A DNA stretch of 64,000 bases from Candidatus Omnitrophota bacterium (GTDB taxonomy: Bacteria > Omnitrophota > Gorgyraeia > Gygaellales > Profunditerraquicolaceae). Location of the stretch: contig JAOAET010000051.1 in NCBI GenBank assembly GCA_026416665.1, forward strand, positions 11,800 to 75,799, read 5' to 3'. Positions 8,560-18,730 of this stretch are shown here, piece after piece (position 1 is the stretch's first letter; the number at the start of each line of letters is the position of its first letter). The position numbers and the translations under genes were made by a program. Under the pieces are notes generated by a model. The model was not told the DNA's origin and ran no database searches. It was given only the letters and a program-made list of their open reading frames with translations.

Positions 8560-10158
8560 CTAATTACTAGTATTACTTGAAGTTATTTCTTGCTTTTCTC
8601 CCTGCTTGATTGCTGGCGAAGTTTCTTTTTGTTCTCTACGAAAGCTTGCCTTTAAGGCACCAGTTAATTCTTGACCTATTCCTACTGTAGTATTAATTAG
8701 CGATTTTGTCAAGTCAGCGGCCGTAGAAAAAGTATCCTTTATTGCCGAAGCAGGCAAACGGATAACCTTGCCTACAGGACTCGGACGAGGTGCTGCTTGA
8801 CTTAAACGCTCTACTAAGGCATTACGAATAACCTGAATACCAAATTCTGGACTATCAAATTTTGTCCTGTAGGTAAAATCTAAAACTATTGCCTCCTGAT
8901 TCTGCTGTCTTAGCATTCCAATGACTTTTTCTGTAAGACGTTCAAGCCGGTCTTTTTGTTCATCCTTCTGCCTTGGTTTAAACTCAAGCTGGGTAAGTTC
9001 AAGTCTACAAAAAGCAGTAACTTCATTATTTACCCCAGTTATATTGCTGGTGAAGTTAAAACGTGCCTTTTGAATCCGTGCTTTCTCTATGTCAACCCAA
9101 GGGCTAAAATATGGCGAAAGTTTAATTGCGTCTAGATTTTTTATGCGAACATTAGCGTTTATGTTACGTCTATAGAAGTTAACCCAACCATCTATTACTA
9201 AAACACCTTTTTCATCTAACTGTGCTGAAGGAATATTTGCCCGGATTTTAAAAAAATTGACTGTATCAGCAGTAACTGGCCAACGAAAGTTTTCAATTAC
9301 AGCGTTTATTTCTTTCAGATTTAACTCAAGTGGCTGTTCACTTATCTTATGATCAACAAATCGTATCTGCCCTTCGGTTAAAATGATTTTCTTTATATAC
9401 AGAGAGTTTATAGGTATATTGCTTAGATTGCTAAGATTTAGACCTTGAATTCTTTTGCGAAACAAAGACAAAGGTACTTGTTCGCTTGAAACAGCCTGCG
9501 AACCCTGTGAGAAAAATTCAGATGAAGTTAAAGTTAGCTTTTGATTATTTTGGTTATCTTCCGGCAATAAAAAATTAGTTTTATTTTGAATTTGTATTTG
9601 AGCCTGCTGTTGTGTTTGACTTCCTGTTAAGTTCATTAGTTGATTTTGCTCTTGGATTTTTGGGGTTACTTGAGATTGCGTTTGTGATTCTCTATAAAAC
9701 TCCTCTCTAACTTTTAAATTTTTTTCTTTTGTGGAAACGGATTCACCAGAAGATACGTCTGTTGATGCAGGCGGTGACTTTACTTGTGTTTCAATATTCT
9801 GGTTTAAGGCGGAGTTTTCTAAATTATTTTGTTGTTTTTTCCGTTCAATTACAAAATCAAGCCCTTCTAAGTTAAGCTCAGATAAAACAATATTTTGTCT
9901 TAACAGACCAATAACGCCAAGACCTGCAGAAAGCTTCTTACAGTAAAACAAGTCATTTACTTTAAGGTCCAAAACCACCAACTTTAAAGGCAATTCCATA
10001 GTGATTGAACCAATCTGAACTCGCCGCCCAAAAAGCCTTTCTAAACGACTGGTGAAAATCTGTGGACCTTTTTTACTTACAAGATAATCTAAAGAAAAAA
10101 AAGCCAATAGTGCTATCACTAAAATGCCAACGGTAAACCAAATTACTACTCTGGTCAT
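8560..10158 (-). CDS. AsmA/DUF748-like envelope protein with Q/N/S-rich linker
   Basis: N-terminal TM anchor, LERLFGRRVQIGSI AsmA-like start, beta-rich C-half (GQIRFVD...L..I..F..P). Confidence 0.65.
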   Translation of the reverse strand: MTRVVIWFTVGILVIALLAFFSLDYLVSKKGPQIFTSRLERLFGRRVQIGSITMELPLKLVVLDLKVNDLFYCKKLSAGLGVIGLLRQNIVLSELNLEGLDFVIERKKQQNNLENSALNQNIETQVKSPPASTDVSSGESVSTKEKNLKVREEFYRESQTQSQVTPKIQEQNQLMNLTGSQTQQQAQIQIQNKTNFLLPEDNQNNQKLTLTSSEFFSQGSQAVSSEQVPLSLFRKRIQGLNLSNLSNIPINSLYIKKIILTEGQIRFVDHKISEQPLELNLKEINAVIENFRWPVTADTVNFFKIRANIPSAQLDEKGVLVIDGWVNFYRRNINANVRIKNLDAIKLSPYFSPWVDIEKARIQKARFNFTSNITGVNNEVTAFCRLELTQLEFKPRQKDEQKDRLERLTEKVIGMLRQQNQEAIVLDFTYRTKFDSPEFGIQVIRNALVERLSQAAPRPSPVGKVIRLPASAIKDTFSTAADLTKSLINTTVGIGQELTGALKASFRREQKETSPAIKQGEKQEITSSNTSN

Positions 10159-10287
10159 TTTTTAAATTTGATTCCAACCCTGGATTAAATGCCTTAAGGC
10201 AGGAAGATGTTGTGGTTCCAAGTTAAAAATTGATGTCTCAAATTATGTCTGCTTCTGATGCTGTTAGGCTTAACGATTCATATATCA

Positions 10288-10361
10288 TGCGCCTGGCAGG
10301 GATTGAACCTGATACCCACTGCTTAGAAGGCAGCTGCTCTATCCAAGTGAGCTACAGGCGC
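10288..10361 (-). tRNA. tRNA-Arg (TCT), CCA not encoded
   Basis: GCGCCTGTAGCTCACTTGGATAGAGCAGCTGCCTTCTAAGCAGTGGGTATCAGGTTCAATCCCTGCCAGGCGCA cloverleaf; one T-stem mismatch. Confidence 0.92.
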
Positions 10362-10373
10362 GCTTACACTACT

Positions 10374-10811
10374 TTACTCTTTTTTCTCTCCGTCAATAAC
10401 AAAATCGCCAGTGCGATTTAAAATCTTTGTAAGATAGAAAAGTGCCTTTTCTATATCGCCTAATTGTCCATAAAAAACGCCTATGTTAAAATTGGCCTCT
10501 TTATAATCAGGGTCAATAGCAAGCGCTGCGTGAAATGCTGCCTCTGCTGCTTGGGTATTACCCATTCTTGCTTGAAGAACCCCCATATTATTATAAACTG
10601 CCTTCATAATATCAGGGCGTTCGCCTCCAAGTAACATCATTGTTTTCTGGTAATGTGCCTTGGCAGTAACAAAATCGCCTGCCTTCTGAGCCCTGACAGC
10701 CTCATTATACCGGGCGAGCCCCTCTTCTACTTTAAAAGAATTCTGGCAGAAAGAAAAAATAGGAAATATCAAAAGAATAATTGTAGTTACCCAGTATATT
10801 TTTGTCTTCAT
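10374..10811 (-). CDS. Secreted TPR protein
   Basis: Signal peptide; TPR patterns YNNMG..A..AF..AL..DP, NFNIG..Y. Confidence 0.85.
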   Translation of the reverse strand: MKTKIYWVTTIILLIFPIFSFCQNSFKVEEGLARYNEAVRAQKAGDFVTAKAHYQKTMMLLGGERPDIMKAVYNNMGVLQARMGNTQAAEAAFHAALAIDPDYKEANFNIGVFYGQLGDIEKALFYLTKILNRTGDFVIDGEKKE

Positions 10812-10962
10812 GACTTCACCCCTTTCTTTATAAAAATATCCAGAATAAATCCTTGCCTTATGAAGAAAACATTATTCTTTTAAAGCCAAAACCTGTTATT
10901 TTTTTATGAAGAACTTCCCTTAAAAGAATTAGTTTAACTTGTATTTTTAAAATACTGTTTTT

Positions 10963-11041
10963 TGGTCGGGGCGGACAGACTTGAACTGTCGACCTCTTGC
11001 TCCCAAAGCAAGCGCTCTAAGCCAAACTGAGCCACGCCCCG
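10963..11041 (-). tRNA. tRNA-Pro (TGG), encoded CCA
   Basis: CGGGGCGTGGCTCAGTTTGGCTTAGAGCGCTTGCTTTGGGAGCAAGAGGTCGACAGTTCAAGTCTGTCCGCCCCGACCA. Confidence 0.97.
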
Positions 11042-11047
11042 TTGACT

Positions 11048-11671
11048 TCAATTATAACAATGCTTGTTTTCTTTCTCAATATATTTCTCTAATAACTGTT
11101 TTACCTTTTTTAAAGCCTTAAAACGATGACTGATTTTATGCTTCACTGAGATAGGCAGTTCTCCAAAAGTTTTACCAAAACGCCTGATAAGAAATAAAGG
11201 GTCATAACCAAATCCGTTTTTTCCACGAGGTTCTTTTGCTATACGACCATAACATCTACCCTCTACCACACCAATAAGTCCATTTTTATCTGCTAAAGCT
11301 ATAGCACAGACATAATAGGCACGTCGCTTTTTTTCAGGGACATCCTTTAACTGCTGCAGAAGTTTTTGGTTATTCTTCTCATCACTCTTATTTCTTCCGC
11401 TGTAGCGGGCAGAACGCACCCCCGGAGCACCACCTAAGGCATCCACACAAAGACCAGAATCCTCTCCCATAGTCAACATCCCAGTTTTAGCTGCAACAGT
11501 GGTAGCTTTTTTAATAGCATTTTCCTTAAATGTCTGGCCGTCTTCACGGATATAGATGGGTTTATTAATATCCGCTAGAGAAATAATTTTACAAGGCATA
11601 TCACGCATAATCTGTTTAATCTCACGCAGTTTTTTCTGATTTTTTGTAGCAACCAACAGAGTAATTCTCAT
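11048..11671 (-). CDS. rdgB: XTP/dITP diphosphatase (Ham1 family)
   Basis: ATKNQKK, EDSGL, PGVRSAR, FGYDP, KHKISHR. Confidence 0.96.
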   Translation of the reverse strand: MRITLLVATKNQKKLREIKQIMRDMPCKIISLADINKPIYIREDGQTFKENAIKKATTVAAKTGMLTMGEDSGLCVDALGGAPGVRSARYSGRNKSDEKNNQKLLQQLKDVPEKKRRAYYVCAIALADKNGLIGVVEGRCYGRIAKEPRGKNGFGYDPLFLIRRFGKTFGELPISVKHKISHRFKALKKVKQLLEKYIEKENKHCYN

Positions 11672-12388
11672 TTATTTAATTATATCTTTAAGGGTCTTTT
11701 TTTGTAAGGCAATAAGTTGACGGATCCCTTTTTCTGCTAATTCTATTAATTCATCCATATGAGATTTTTTAAAGGTTGCCCGTTCTCCTGTGCCCTGTAA
11801 TTCAATGAATTCACCGCTTCCTGTCATTACCACATTCATATCTACGTCTGCCTGCGAGTCCTCTTCGTAGGTTAAGTCTAAAATTGGAGTGTGAGCTAAA
11901 ATCCCTACACTAGTTGCTGCTACAAAATCCTTAACCGGCAATGACTTAATTAAACCTTTTTCTTTTAATCTCGCTAATGCCTCAACCAGTGCGACAAAAC
12001 TTCCAGTAATAGAAGCAGTGCGTGTGCCTCCATCTGCTTGAAGCACATCACAATCAATCCAGATGCTCCGCTCACCGAGCTTCTTTAAATCTATTACTGC
12101 TCTTAATGCCCTACCTACCAAACGTTGAATCTCAAAGGCTCTACCGCTATCTTTGTTACGTAGAATGCGACTCTGACAGGAACGTGGCAGCATACCATAT
12201 TCAGCAGTAACCCAACCCGAACCTGTTCCTTTTAAAAATTGTGGCACATTTTCATCTACAGAAGCAGTGCAGATAACTTTAGTATCACCGCATTCAATAA
12301 GACAGGAACCTTCTGCAAATTTATTTACGTGTCTTGTTATAGTTACTGCTCGTAACTGGTCTGCTAAACGCCCATCTTTTCTTTTCAT
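11672..12388 (-). CDS. rph: Ribonuclease PH
   Basis: [28 protein letters not shown]; start at ATG 12388 after GAAGGGG. Confidence 0.97.
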   Translation of the reverse strand: MKRKDGRLADQLRAVTITRHVNKFAEGSCLIECGDTKVICTASVDENVPQFLKGTGSGWVTAEYGMLPRSCQSRILRNKDSGRAFEIQRLVGRALRAVIDLKKLGERSIWIDCDVLQADGGTRTASITGSFVALVEALARLKEKGLIKSLPVKDFVAATSVGILAHTPILDLTYEEDSQADVDMNVVMTGSGEFIELQGTGERATFKKSHMDELIELAEKGIRQLIALQKKTLKDIIK

Positions 12389-12425
12389 ATTAACCCCTTC
12401 TTCCTCTTTAACAAATAAAATATAT

Positions 12426-13856
12426 CTACTCGGCAACTATAATCTTGTTTTTTCCTTCTTTTTTAGCACGATAAAGTGCCTTGTCTGCTGTCTCAATAAA
12501 CTGCTCTTTGGTCATTTGCTCCTTAAATTCTGCAATTCCACCTGAGACAGTAAGCCGAATTACCTGATTTGTTAAAGCATTACGTAAATTCATTTCCGAA
12601 ATTGTCTTCTTTATTTTGTCTGCAACTACTTTACAACCGTGGCTGTTTGTAACAGGCAGAATTATGGCTATTTCGTCTCCGCCATAACGACAAGGGATAT
12701 CAATCTGCCGCACATTCTCTCGTATAATTGTTGCTACATGTTTTAATACACGGTCACCTTCTAGATGTCCAAAGCGGTCATTGTATTCTTTAAAACCATC
12801 TATATCAAAAATGATAATACTTAAGGGATGTTGGAATCGCTTTGCACGCAGAATCTCAAGAGTTAGTTCTTCGTGAAAATAACGGTGATTATATAAACCA
12901 GTTAAAGCATCAGTTACTGCTAAAGAAGCTAACTTCTCACAGAGTCGGATATTCTCTATTTGATTTACTGCCTGATGTGCAAGCAATGTTAGATAACGAA
13001 GGTCATCTTCTGTAAAAACATCCATCTGAGCAATTTTTTCTGTTACATTCATTACACCTACGACGCGGTTGTCTGCTTTAAGCGGTAGAGAAATAAACGA
13101 TTTAGTCCGATATTGCCCCTGCCGAAGACGTTGACAAAAACGCGGATCACTGTCAATATCACGCACAATCAAAGCTTCTGCCTGTTTCGCAACCCAACCC
13201 GCAATTAACTGCCCAATTTTGATACGCAGACCTTTGGTCTTATTATCTGTCGTCCCCTTTATACCTCTGATTACTAATTCTTGTGTTTCTTCATCAACAA
13301 ACATTACCGAAGCACGTTCTGCCTCTGCTATCGCCAAGGCCTGGTCTGCTAAAAAATCTGCCAACTCATCTAAATTATACATCTGGCTCATCCGTCTATA
13401 CGCTGCAGTAATAATCTCTAGTTTAACCTTTTCTTTCTCCAGCTGTTCAATAAGTTGATAATTATGTAACGTCAAACGCTGTTTCTCTAGACTTCTTCTT
13501 ATCACCAGCTTTAAGTGGTCAAAATCAAAAGGTTTAATCAGATAATCATATGCCCCAACTTTAAGCGCTTCTATTGCTGAAGAGATAGTGGCGAAACCCG
13601 TAAGAATTATAAAACTAGTTAATGGCGAAATGTGGTTAAGGGCGCGCATTAGTTCTATGCCTTGAATATCAGGAAGCACTAAATCCAAAATTGCCAGATT
13701 AAAACGTTGTTTCTTAGCCAGTTCTATTGCAGTTGCACCTTTCTGAGCAGTTACTACCACATAAGGTTCGTCACTTAACCCTGCTTTAATATGCTCAGCA
13801 ATAATTTTATCATCATCTACAATCAAAATATAATCTTTACTGTTGTCCTGCTCCAT
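12426..13856 (-). CDS. Response-regulator diguanylate cyclase (REC-GAF-GGDEF)
   Basis: IVDDD..LDL..KPF receiver; GAF; [23 protein letters not shown]-site, GGDEI. Confidence 0.93.
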   Translation of the reverse strand: MEQDNSKDYILIVDDDKIIAEHIKAGLSDEPYVVVTAQKGATAIELAKKQRFNLAILDLVLPDIQGIELMRALNHISPLTSFIILTGFATISSAIEALKVGAYDYLIKPFDFDHLKLVIRRSLEKQRLTLHNYQLIEQLEKEKVKLEIITAAYRRMSQMYNLDELADFLADQALAIAEAERASVMFVDEETQELVIRGIKGTTDNKTKGLRIKIGQLIAGWVAKQAEALIVRDIDSDPRFCQRLRQGQYRTKSFISLPLKADNRVVGVMNVTEKIAQMDVFTEDDLRYLTLLAHQAVNQIENIRLCEKLASLAVTDALTGLYNHRYFHEELTLEILRAKRFQHPLSIIIFDIDGFKEYNDRFGHLEGDRVLKHVATIIRENVRQIDIPCRYGGDEIAIILPVTNSHGCKVVADKIKKTISEMNLRNALTNQVIRLTVSGGIAEFKEQMTKEQFIETADKALYRAKKEGKNKIIVAE

Positions 13857-13877
13857 AATTTTACCTCTACATAAAAT

Positions 13878-15797
13878 TTAAGACGAAGAAGATTGAGGTT
13901 GTATTGTTGAACGCTCAATAGGTAAAATAATAATAAATGTCGTGCCTTGACCCGGCTCAGAAAAAACCTGAATTGTTCCGTTGTGTTCCTTAATTATATT
14001 TTGAGTAAGACATAATCCTAAACCAAGTCCTCTATTTTTAGTAGTAAAAAATGGCGTAAAAATATTATTTAGGACTTCCTTAGACATACCAATTCCTGTA
14101 TCTACAATTTTAATGTGAACATACCCCTGCTGTTCATAAGTAAAAAGTCCTAACCTGCCTGCTTCAGGCATTGCTTGTATTGCATTTACCAAAATATTAT
14201 GAACCGCCTCACGTAATTGCAAACCGTCTGCCTGAATATGCGGCAGGTTATGTTGAAACTCTTTATCTACACGAATTTTGTTGTTCCGTAAGGCATCCTT
14301 TAATTTCGCATCAGATAGAAGACTCTCTAAAAGATAATTGACATCCACATCGGTAAAAATAAGTTTTTTAGGATAACTAAATCTTAAAACATTGTCAATA
14401 GTTTGACTGGCTGATGTCAAACTTTCTTCAATACAATTAAGCAAAGAGACAAACTGCGGTGCCTCTTTCGCAAGCTTTGTCTTAAGATTGTAAAGGGAGG
14501 TGCGTATCTCCGCAAAATTATTTCGCAGTTCATGGCTTACTGAGGTTGCCATACGTCCCATTGCCGCCATTCGTTCATATTCAACTAGTTGCTTTTGCGC
14601 TGCCTCAAGTTGTTGGGAACTTTCCCAGACTTTGGTTTCAAGCTGGCGAACATTATGTGAACAGGATTCAAGTTGTTTCATAGTATCCATTAACCGCTGC
14701 ATTGTCTTATTAAAAAATTCTGCTAACTCCTGCAACTCATCACCAGAATTTATTTCAATTTGATGGGTAAAATCCCCTCGGACAAAGGCCTCAATGCCCC
14801 AATAAAGTTTATTCACAGAAGTTACAATAGCCCCACCATTAATAATACCTATAAGCAGGGAAAAACAGCAGGAGATAACCACAGCAATTATAAAAAGCTT
14901 GGTTAATTCATTACGCTGGGCAAAGATACTCTTTTCTGGTAAGCCCACACCAAGAATACCTATTGGCTGGTTGTTTACATCATAAAGAGGTGTGTAACTG
15001 GCATGGTAACTTTCTCCTGCAACATTAATTTTCCCTATATATTCTTTTCGCTGGTCTAAAATAGTTCTGACGGTTGCCTGAGGTAGCCTACCTCCCAATG
15101 CCTTCTGCGGTAGCCGAAAAGGAACATTTGAACAAATACGCATATCACCTAAGAAAATACTTGCTACAAGGTCAGTGGCGTGTGTAATTTTATCAATAAC
15201 TAACGAATTGTTATTAAGTAGATATCCTGCAGTCATTGTCCCGACAATAATCTCATTATTGTTTATTACTGGAAGTGTGGCGCGCATAACTAAACCACGA
15301 ACCGCTTGGGTATCATCAATCTGAGCCTTTTCTTTAAGATTAAATTTCTCTAACATATCCTGTTCCCAAACCTCTGTGCCTACAACCATTTGACCGCGCA
15401 ATGCCTTACGAATGTAATAATCACTAGCTAAGTCTTTTTCCTCCAACTGAGGATTAGTTATAGAAACAATAACTTTGCCAAATCTATCAGTAACTACAAA
15501 AAAATCCAAGTTATAAGTTTTAATTACTTTCTGGTATTCGTTCTTCAAAAGGTCAAGTTGGTCTTCTGCCATCAAGGTGTATACCCTGCGGTTCTGATCA
15601 CGGATGATAAACTTAAGATTATCAAGCTGGCTTTGATAAACCGCTTTAGCTATCAGTAAGTGATTCATCAAACGTTGTTCTGCTGAGATAACCGCAAAAC
15701 GGTGTAATAAAATAACCGAAATAATCCCTACTGAAACTAAAGGAACAAGCGAACTCAATAGTAGAGTCTTAAATAATTTAATCTGTAGCTTCTTCAT
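13878..15797 (-). CDS. Membrane sensor histidine kinase (Cache-HAMP-HisKA-HATPase)
   Basis: Two TM segments, HAMP DELQELA..FN, SHELRN, NAIQAM, DTGIG, GLGLGL, GTTF. Confidence 0.93.
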   Translation of the reverse strand: MKKLQIKLFKTLLLSSLVPLVSVGIISVILLHRFAVISAEQRLMNHLLIAKAVYQSQLDNLKFIIRDQNRRVYTLMAEDQLDLLKNEYQKVIKTYNLDFFVVTDRFGKVIVSITNPQLEEKDLASDYYIRKALRGQMVVGTEVWEQDMLEKFNLKEKAQIDDTQAVRGLVMRATLPVINNNEIIVGTMTAGYLLNNNSLVIDKITHATDLVASIFLGDMRICSNVPFRLPQKALGGRLPQATVRTILDQRKEYIGKINVAGESYHASYTPLYDVNNQPIGILGVGLPEKSIFAQRNELTKLFIIAVVISCCFSLLIGIINGGAIVTSVNKLYWGIEAFVRGDFTHQIEINSGDELQELAEFFNKTMQRLMDTMKQLESCSHNVRQLETKVWESSQQLEAAQKQLVEYERMAAMGRMATSVSHELRNNFAEIRTSLYNLKTKLAKEAPQFVSLLNCIEESLTSASQTIDNVLRFSYPKKLIFTDVDVNYLLESLLSDAKLKDALRNNKIRVDKEFQHNLPHIQADGLQLREAVHNILVNAIQAMPEAGRLGLFTYEQQGYVHIKIVDTGIGMSKEVLNNIFTPFFTTKNRGLGLGLCLTQNIIKEHNGTIQVFSEPGQGTTFIIILPIERSTIQPQSSSS

Positions 15798-16344
15798 TGT
15801 TTTTTGGTCGATTGTTTAGCTTAGGAAAAATTGTCCCGGCATAGCTGTCAATAGCTACCCAAAGAGGCATCTTCTCTACTTTTAACCGATAAATTGCCTC
15901 TGGCCCTAAATCCTTAAATGCTATTGGAGATACTTCTTTTACAAAGGTAGATAACAACGCTCCGCAACCCGCCGGAGCAACTAAATACACTGCCTTGTAT
16001 TCTTTTATTGCCTTACGCACAAATTCTGAACGGTTACCTTTACCTATCATCACCGCTAAACCTTGTCGTAATAATAGAGGGGTAAAATCATCCATACGCC
16101 CAGACGTCGTAGGTCCACAAGAACCGATTATTTTTCCTTTAGGTGTTTTAGTTGGTCCGCAATAATATATTGCCTGTCCTTCTAAAACCAAAGGCAGTTT
16201 CTCTCCTCGGAGTATCATCTGGTAAAGCCTCTTGTGTGCCTGGTCGCGAGCAGTATAAATAAACCCACTTAACAATACTTGTTCTCCTGCCCTAAGTTTT
16301 TCTAAAGATTTCTTAGAAGTAGGGGTAGTTAGTTCTTTTACCAT
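15778..16344 (-). CDS. Fe-S fumarate hydratase, beta (C-terminal) subunit
   Basis: TARDQAHKR, GPTTSGRMD, IGKG, DLGPEA. Confidence 0.93.
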   Translation of the reverse strand: MVKELTTPTSKKSLEKLRAGEQVLLSGFIYTARDQAHKRLYQMILRGEKLPLVLEGQAIYYCGPTKTPKGKIIGSCGPTTSGRMDDFTPLLLRQGLAVMIGKGNRSEFVRKAIKEYKAVYLVAPAGCGALLSTFVKEVSPIAFKDLGPEAIYRLKVEKMPLWVAIDSYAGTIFPKLNNRPKNNEEATD

Positions 16345-16350
16345 AATAAA

Positions 16351-17412
16351 TCACAATGCAAAATCCTTTTCTATTGCTTTTTGAAACAACTCTTGGAGTT
16401 GCTTCTCATCTTGTACTAACGTCGCATCCTGAACTTCTTTAGGTAAAGTTATTTTTTGATTAGGGTATTCTTCTGTCTGATGTGCTATAAGTGTTGCCTT
16501 TATTGGCTCTGATATCCCTTGCATCTGTAAAGTAACTTCTATTGAGGCAGTAGAACCTAAAGGAAGAAAGCTATTTTTATCAATATAGTTTCTTGCTTGA
16601 AAAGAATTGACGGTAATCTGCAAAACTTGTCCTGATTGCTGACTAGCATAATCTTTAATAGTCTGCTCTAGCAGTTTTTTAAAATCAGGATTATTTACCT
16701 CTATTTCGTAAACCGCTTTACCCTGCCAATCCTTTTCCTGAATCTGTCCCATGAATGCGCCACTGCTAAACTCTTCTGATTGTATAAGAGAAAATAAAGG
16801 CCCCAATGCCTGCTGTAGTTCTTGAGGCATAGTTTTAAGAAATGCTTCTCTGTCTTCTACAGTTCCTTTACGTAGTTTCTCTAGTAACTGCCACATTACT
16901 TCAAAGGAAGGTTGATTGATACGATACCAACTATTATCTATAACCATATATAGATTGGAACCAACCATATATTGTTCAGTCTTCTTACCTTTTAATTTTT
17001 CTGCCATCAATGAAAACTGCTTTTCCATTACCACTGATACAGTAGGATCATCCTCAATTTTCTTTAACTGCTCTTCGGAAAGTCCCTGTGCACTGCCTTG
17101 CTTAAGAGCGGTCTGACGGGCCAGTTGCATCATTGTCTTGGTGTCAAAGTTATAGTCTTTTATCTGTACAACTGTATGCATTATCCGATTAGGAATGTCG
17201 GTTTCCTGGATTTGTTCTGTCTTAATATTAAAAAGTCCCTGCATTGCCAATTCTTGGACAACTACTGACCTCTGAAAGTTTACTGTGCGGATTGCTTCCT
17301 GCATCTTGTCTAAAATTAATTTTTTATCCACTGCCTGCTCTGTTGCAAACACTAAAGTTTGAATAACAAGTATCAGAAAACCTATTACCCAAAAAACTTT
17401 TTTAAACCTCAT
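16351..17412 (-). CDS. Secreted hypothetical protein, possible LolA/LppX-like fold
   Basis: AGGAGG then ATG 17412; signal peptide ending VFA; YIDKNSFLP and ITLPKEV motifs. Confidence 0.6.
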   Translation of the reverse strand: MRFKKVFWVIGFLILVIQTLVFATEQAVDKKLILDKMQEAIRTVNFQRSVVVQELAMQGLFNIKTEQIQETDIPNRIMHTVVQIKDYNFDTKTMMQLARQTALKQGSAQGLSEEQLKKIEDDPTVSVVMEKQFSLMAEKLKGKKTEQYMVGSNLYMVIDNSWYRINQPSFEVMWQLLEKLRKGTVEDREAFLKTMPQELQQALGPLFSLIQSEEFSSGAFMGQIQEKDWQGKAVYEIEVNNPDFKKLLEQTIKDYASQQSGQVLQITVNSFQARNYIDKNSFLPLGSTASIEVTLQMQGISEPIKATLIAHQTEEYPNQKITLPKEVQDATLVQDEKQLQELFQKAIEKDFAL

Positions 17413-17425
17413 TCTCCCTCCTTTT

Positions 17426-18298
17426 TTAAATATCTGCTTCTGCACTGCGCAAGGCATGGCAACTTATATTTACACATACAGGTAAACCAGCAATATGAGT
17501 AGCTGCCTTTTCTATTTTTACCGCCAGAGCAGTTGTTTTCCCACCTAACCCCATTGGTCCAATTCCCAAGCGGTTTATTTTCTTTAATAAAGTATCTTCT
17601 AAATTGGCTAAAACAGAATCACTATTTCTATGATTTAAAGGACGAAGAAGCGCTTTTTTAGCGATAAAACAGGCGTAATCGGCAGTTCCCCCAATACCTA
17701 CACCCACAATATAAGGAGGACAGGCATCAGCACCGGCACAAGAAACTGTTTCAATAATAAAGGCAATTATTTCCTCTTTACTTGCGGTGGGAAGAAACAT
17801 TTTCAACCTCGTTTTGTTCTCACAACCAAATCCTTTCGGCAAAACTATGATATGTAAACGTCTGCCACCTGTTATTTCTGTATGAACGAGGGGTATACTT
17901 GATGCTGGCGTGGCTCTTTCTAAAGGATCAATAACAACAGAATCTCTGAAATACCCACGCCGGTAACCTTCCATTACTCCCGAAGAGACTGCTTTATACA
18001 AATTACCATCCACATGGACATTACTGCCGATTTCTATAAATACAGAAGGTAGCCCTGTATCTTGACAAATAGCCAACTTCTCTGAACGCGCAATTTGAGC
18101 ATTATCCAAAATTTGCTTTAAACATATACGCGCACGCTGGTTTTTTTCTTTAGCCAACGCCTTGTTCAGAGCTATAATTACATCCTTACGTAAGAGAGTG
18201 TTGGCTTGAAGACATAAATTACCCACTGTCTGTTGAATCACTCTCGCAGGAATAATCCTAATTTTTTGGAATTCTTCATCGTTTTTTAGGGAAACCAT
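17426..18298 (-). CDS. Fe-S fumarate hydratase, alpha (N-terminal) subunit
   Basis: ICQDTG, KGFGCEN, ACPP..VGVGIGG, GIGPMGLGG, HIAGLPV..N.SCHA.R. Confidence 0.93.
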   Translation of the reverse strand: MVSLKNDEEFQKIRIIPARVIQQTVGNLCLQANTLLRKDVIIALNKALAKEKNQRARICLKQILDNAQIARSEKLAICQDTGLPSVFIEIGSNVHVDGNLYKAVSSGVMEGYRRGYFRDSVVIDPLERATPASSIPLVHTEITGGRRLHIIVLPKGFGCENKTRLKMFLPTASKEEIIAFIIETVSCAGADACPPYIVGVGIGGTADYACFIAKKALLRPLNHRNSDSVLANLEDTLLKKINRLGIGPMGLGGKTTALAVKIEKAATHIAGLPVCVNISCHALRSAEADI

Positions 18299-18677
18299 AT
18301 TGGCACTCTACAGTAGTAGTTATTCCTCCGCGAGGATTAAACACTCCTTTTATCTTTACCCAACGTGGTTTGACTGCTTTTACAAAATCTTCTAAGATGC
18401 GATTAATTACATGTTCATGAAAAATACCCACATTTCTAAAGAAAATAGTATACATTTTAAATGACTTTAATTCTACGCACCACTTGTTAGGAGAATACTC
18501 AATGGTGATAGTAGCAAAATCAGGAAGACCAGTTTTCGGACAAATACAGGTAAATTCCGGAATCTCCAATAAAACTGAATAATGCTTATCGGGATACTGA
18601 TTCTTCCATACCTCAATAGGTGGTGTCTTTAGATTTCTAATATTTTCTTGTAGACCCTCGTAACTTGATTTTTTCAT
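18276..18677 (-). CDS. queF: preQ0 reductase (type I)
   Basis: EFTCICPKTGLPDFA, VELKS, FHE, PRGGI. Confidence 0.96.
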   Translation of the reverse strand: MKKSSYEGLQENIRNLKTPPIEVWKNQYPDKHYSVLLEIPEFTCICPKTGLPDFATITIEYSPNKWCVELKSFKMYTIFFRNVGIFHEHVINRILEDFVKAVKPRWVKIKGVFNPRGGITTTVECQYGFPKKR

Positions 18678-18730
18678 TATTCTTTCTCCAAGGCTCTATT
18701 AATATAAAAGATAGTTGCTGTTGCTTTTCG

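Noticed and set aside
10230-10421. 63-aa ORF on + strand
   Set aside because: Antisense shadow of tRNA-Arg and the TPR gene end.
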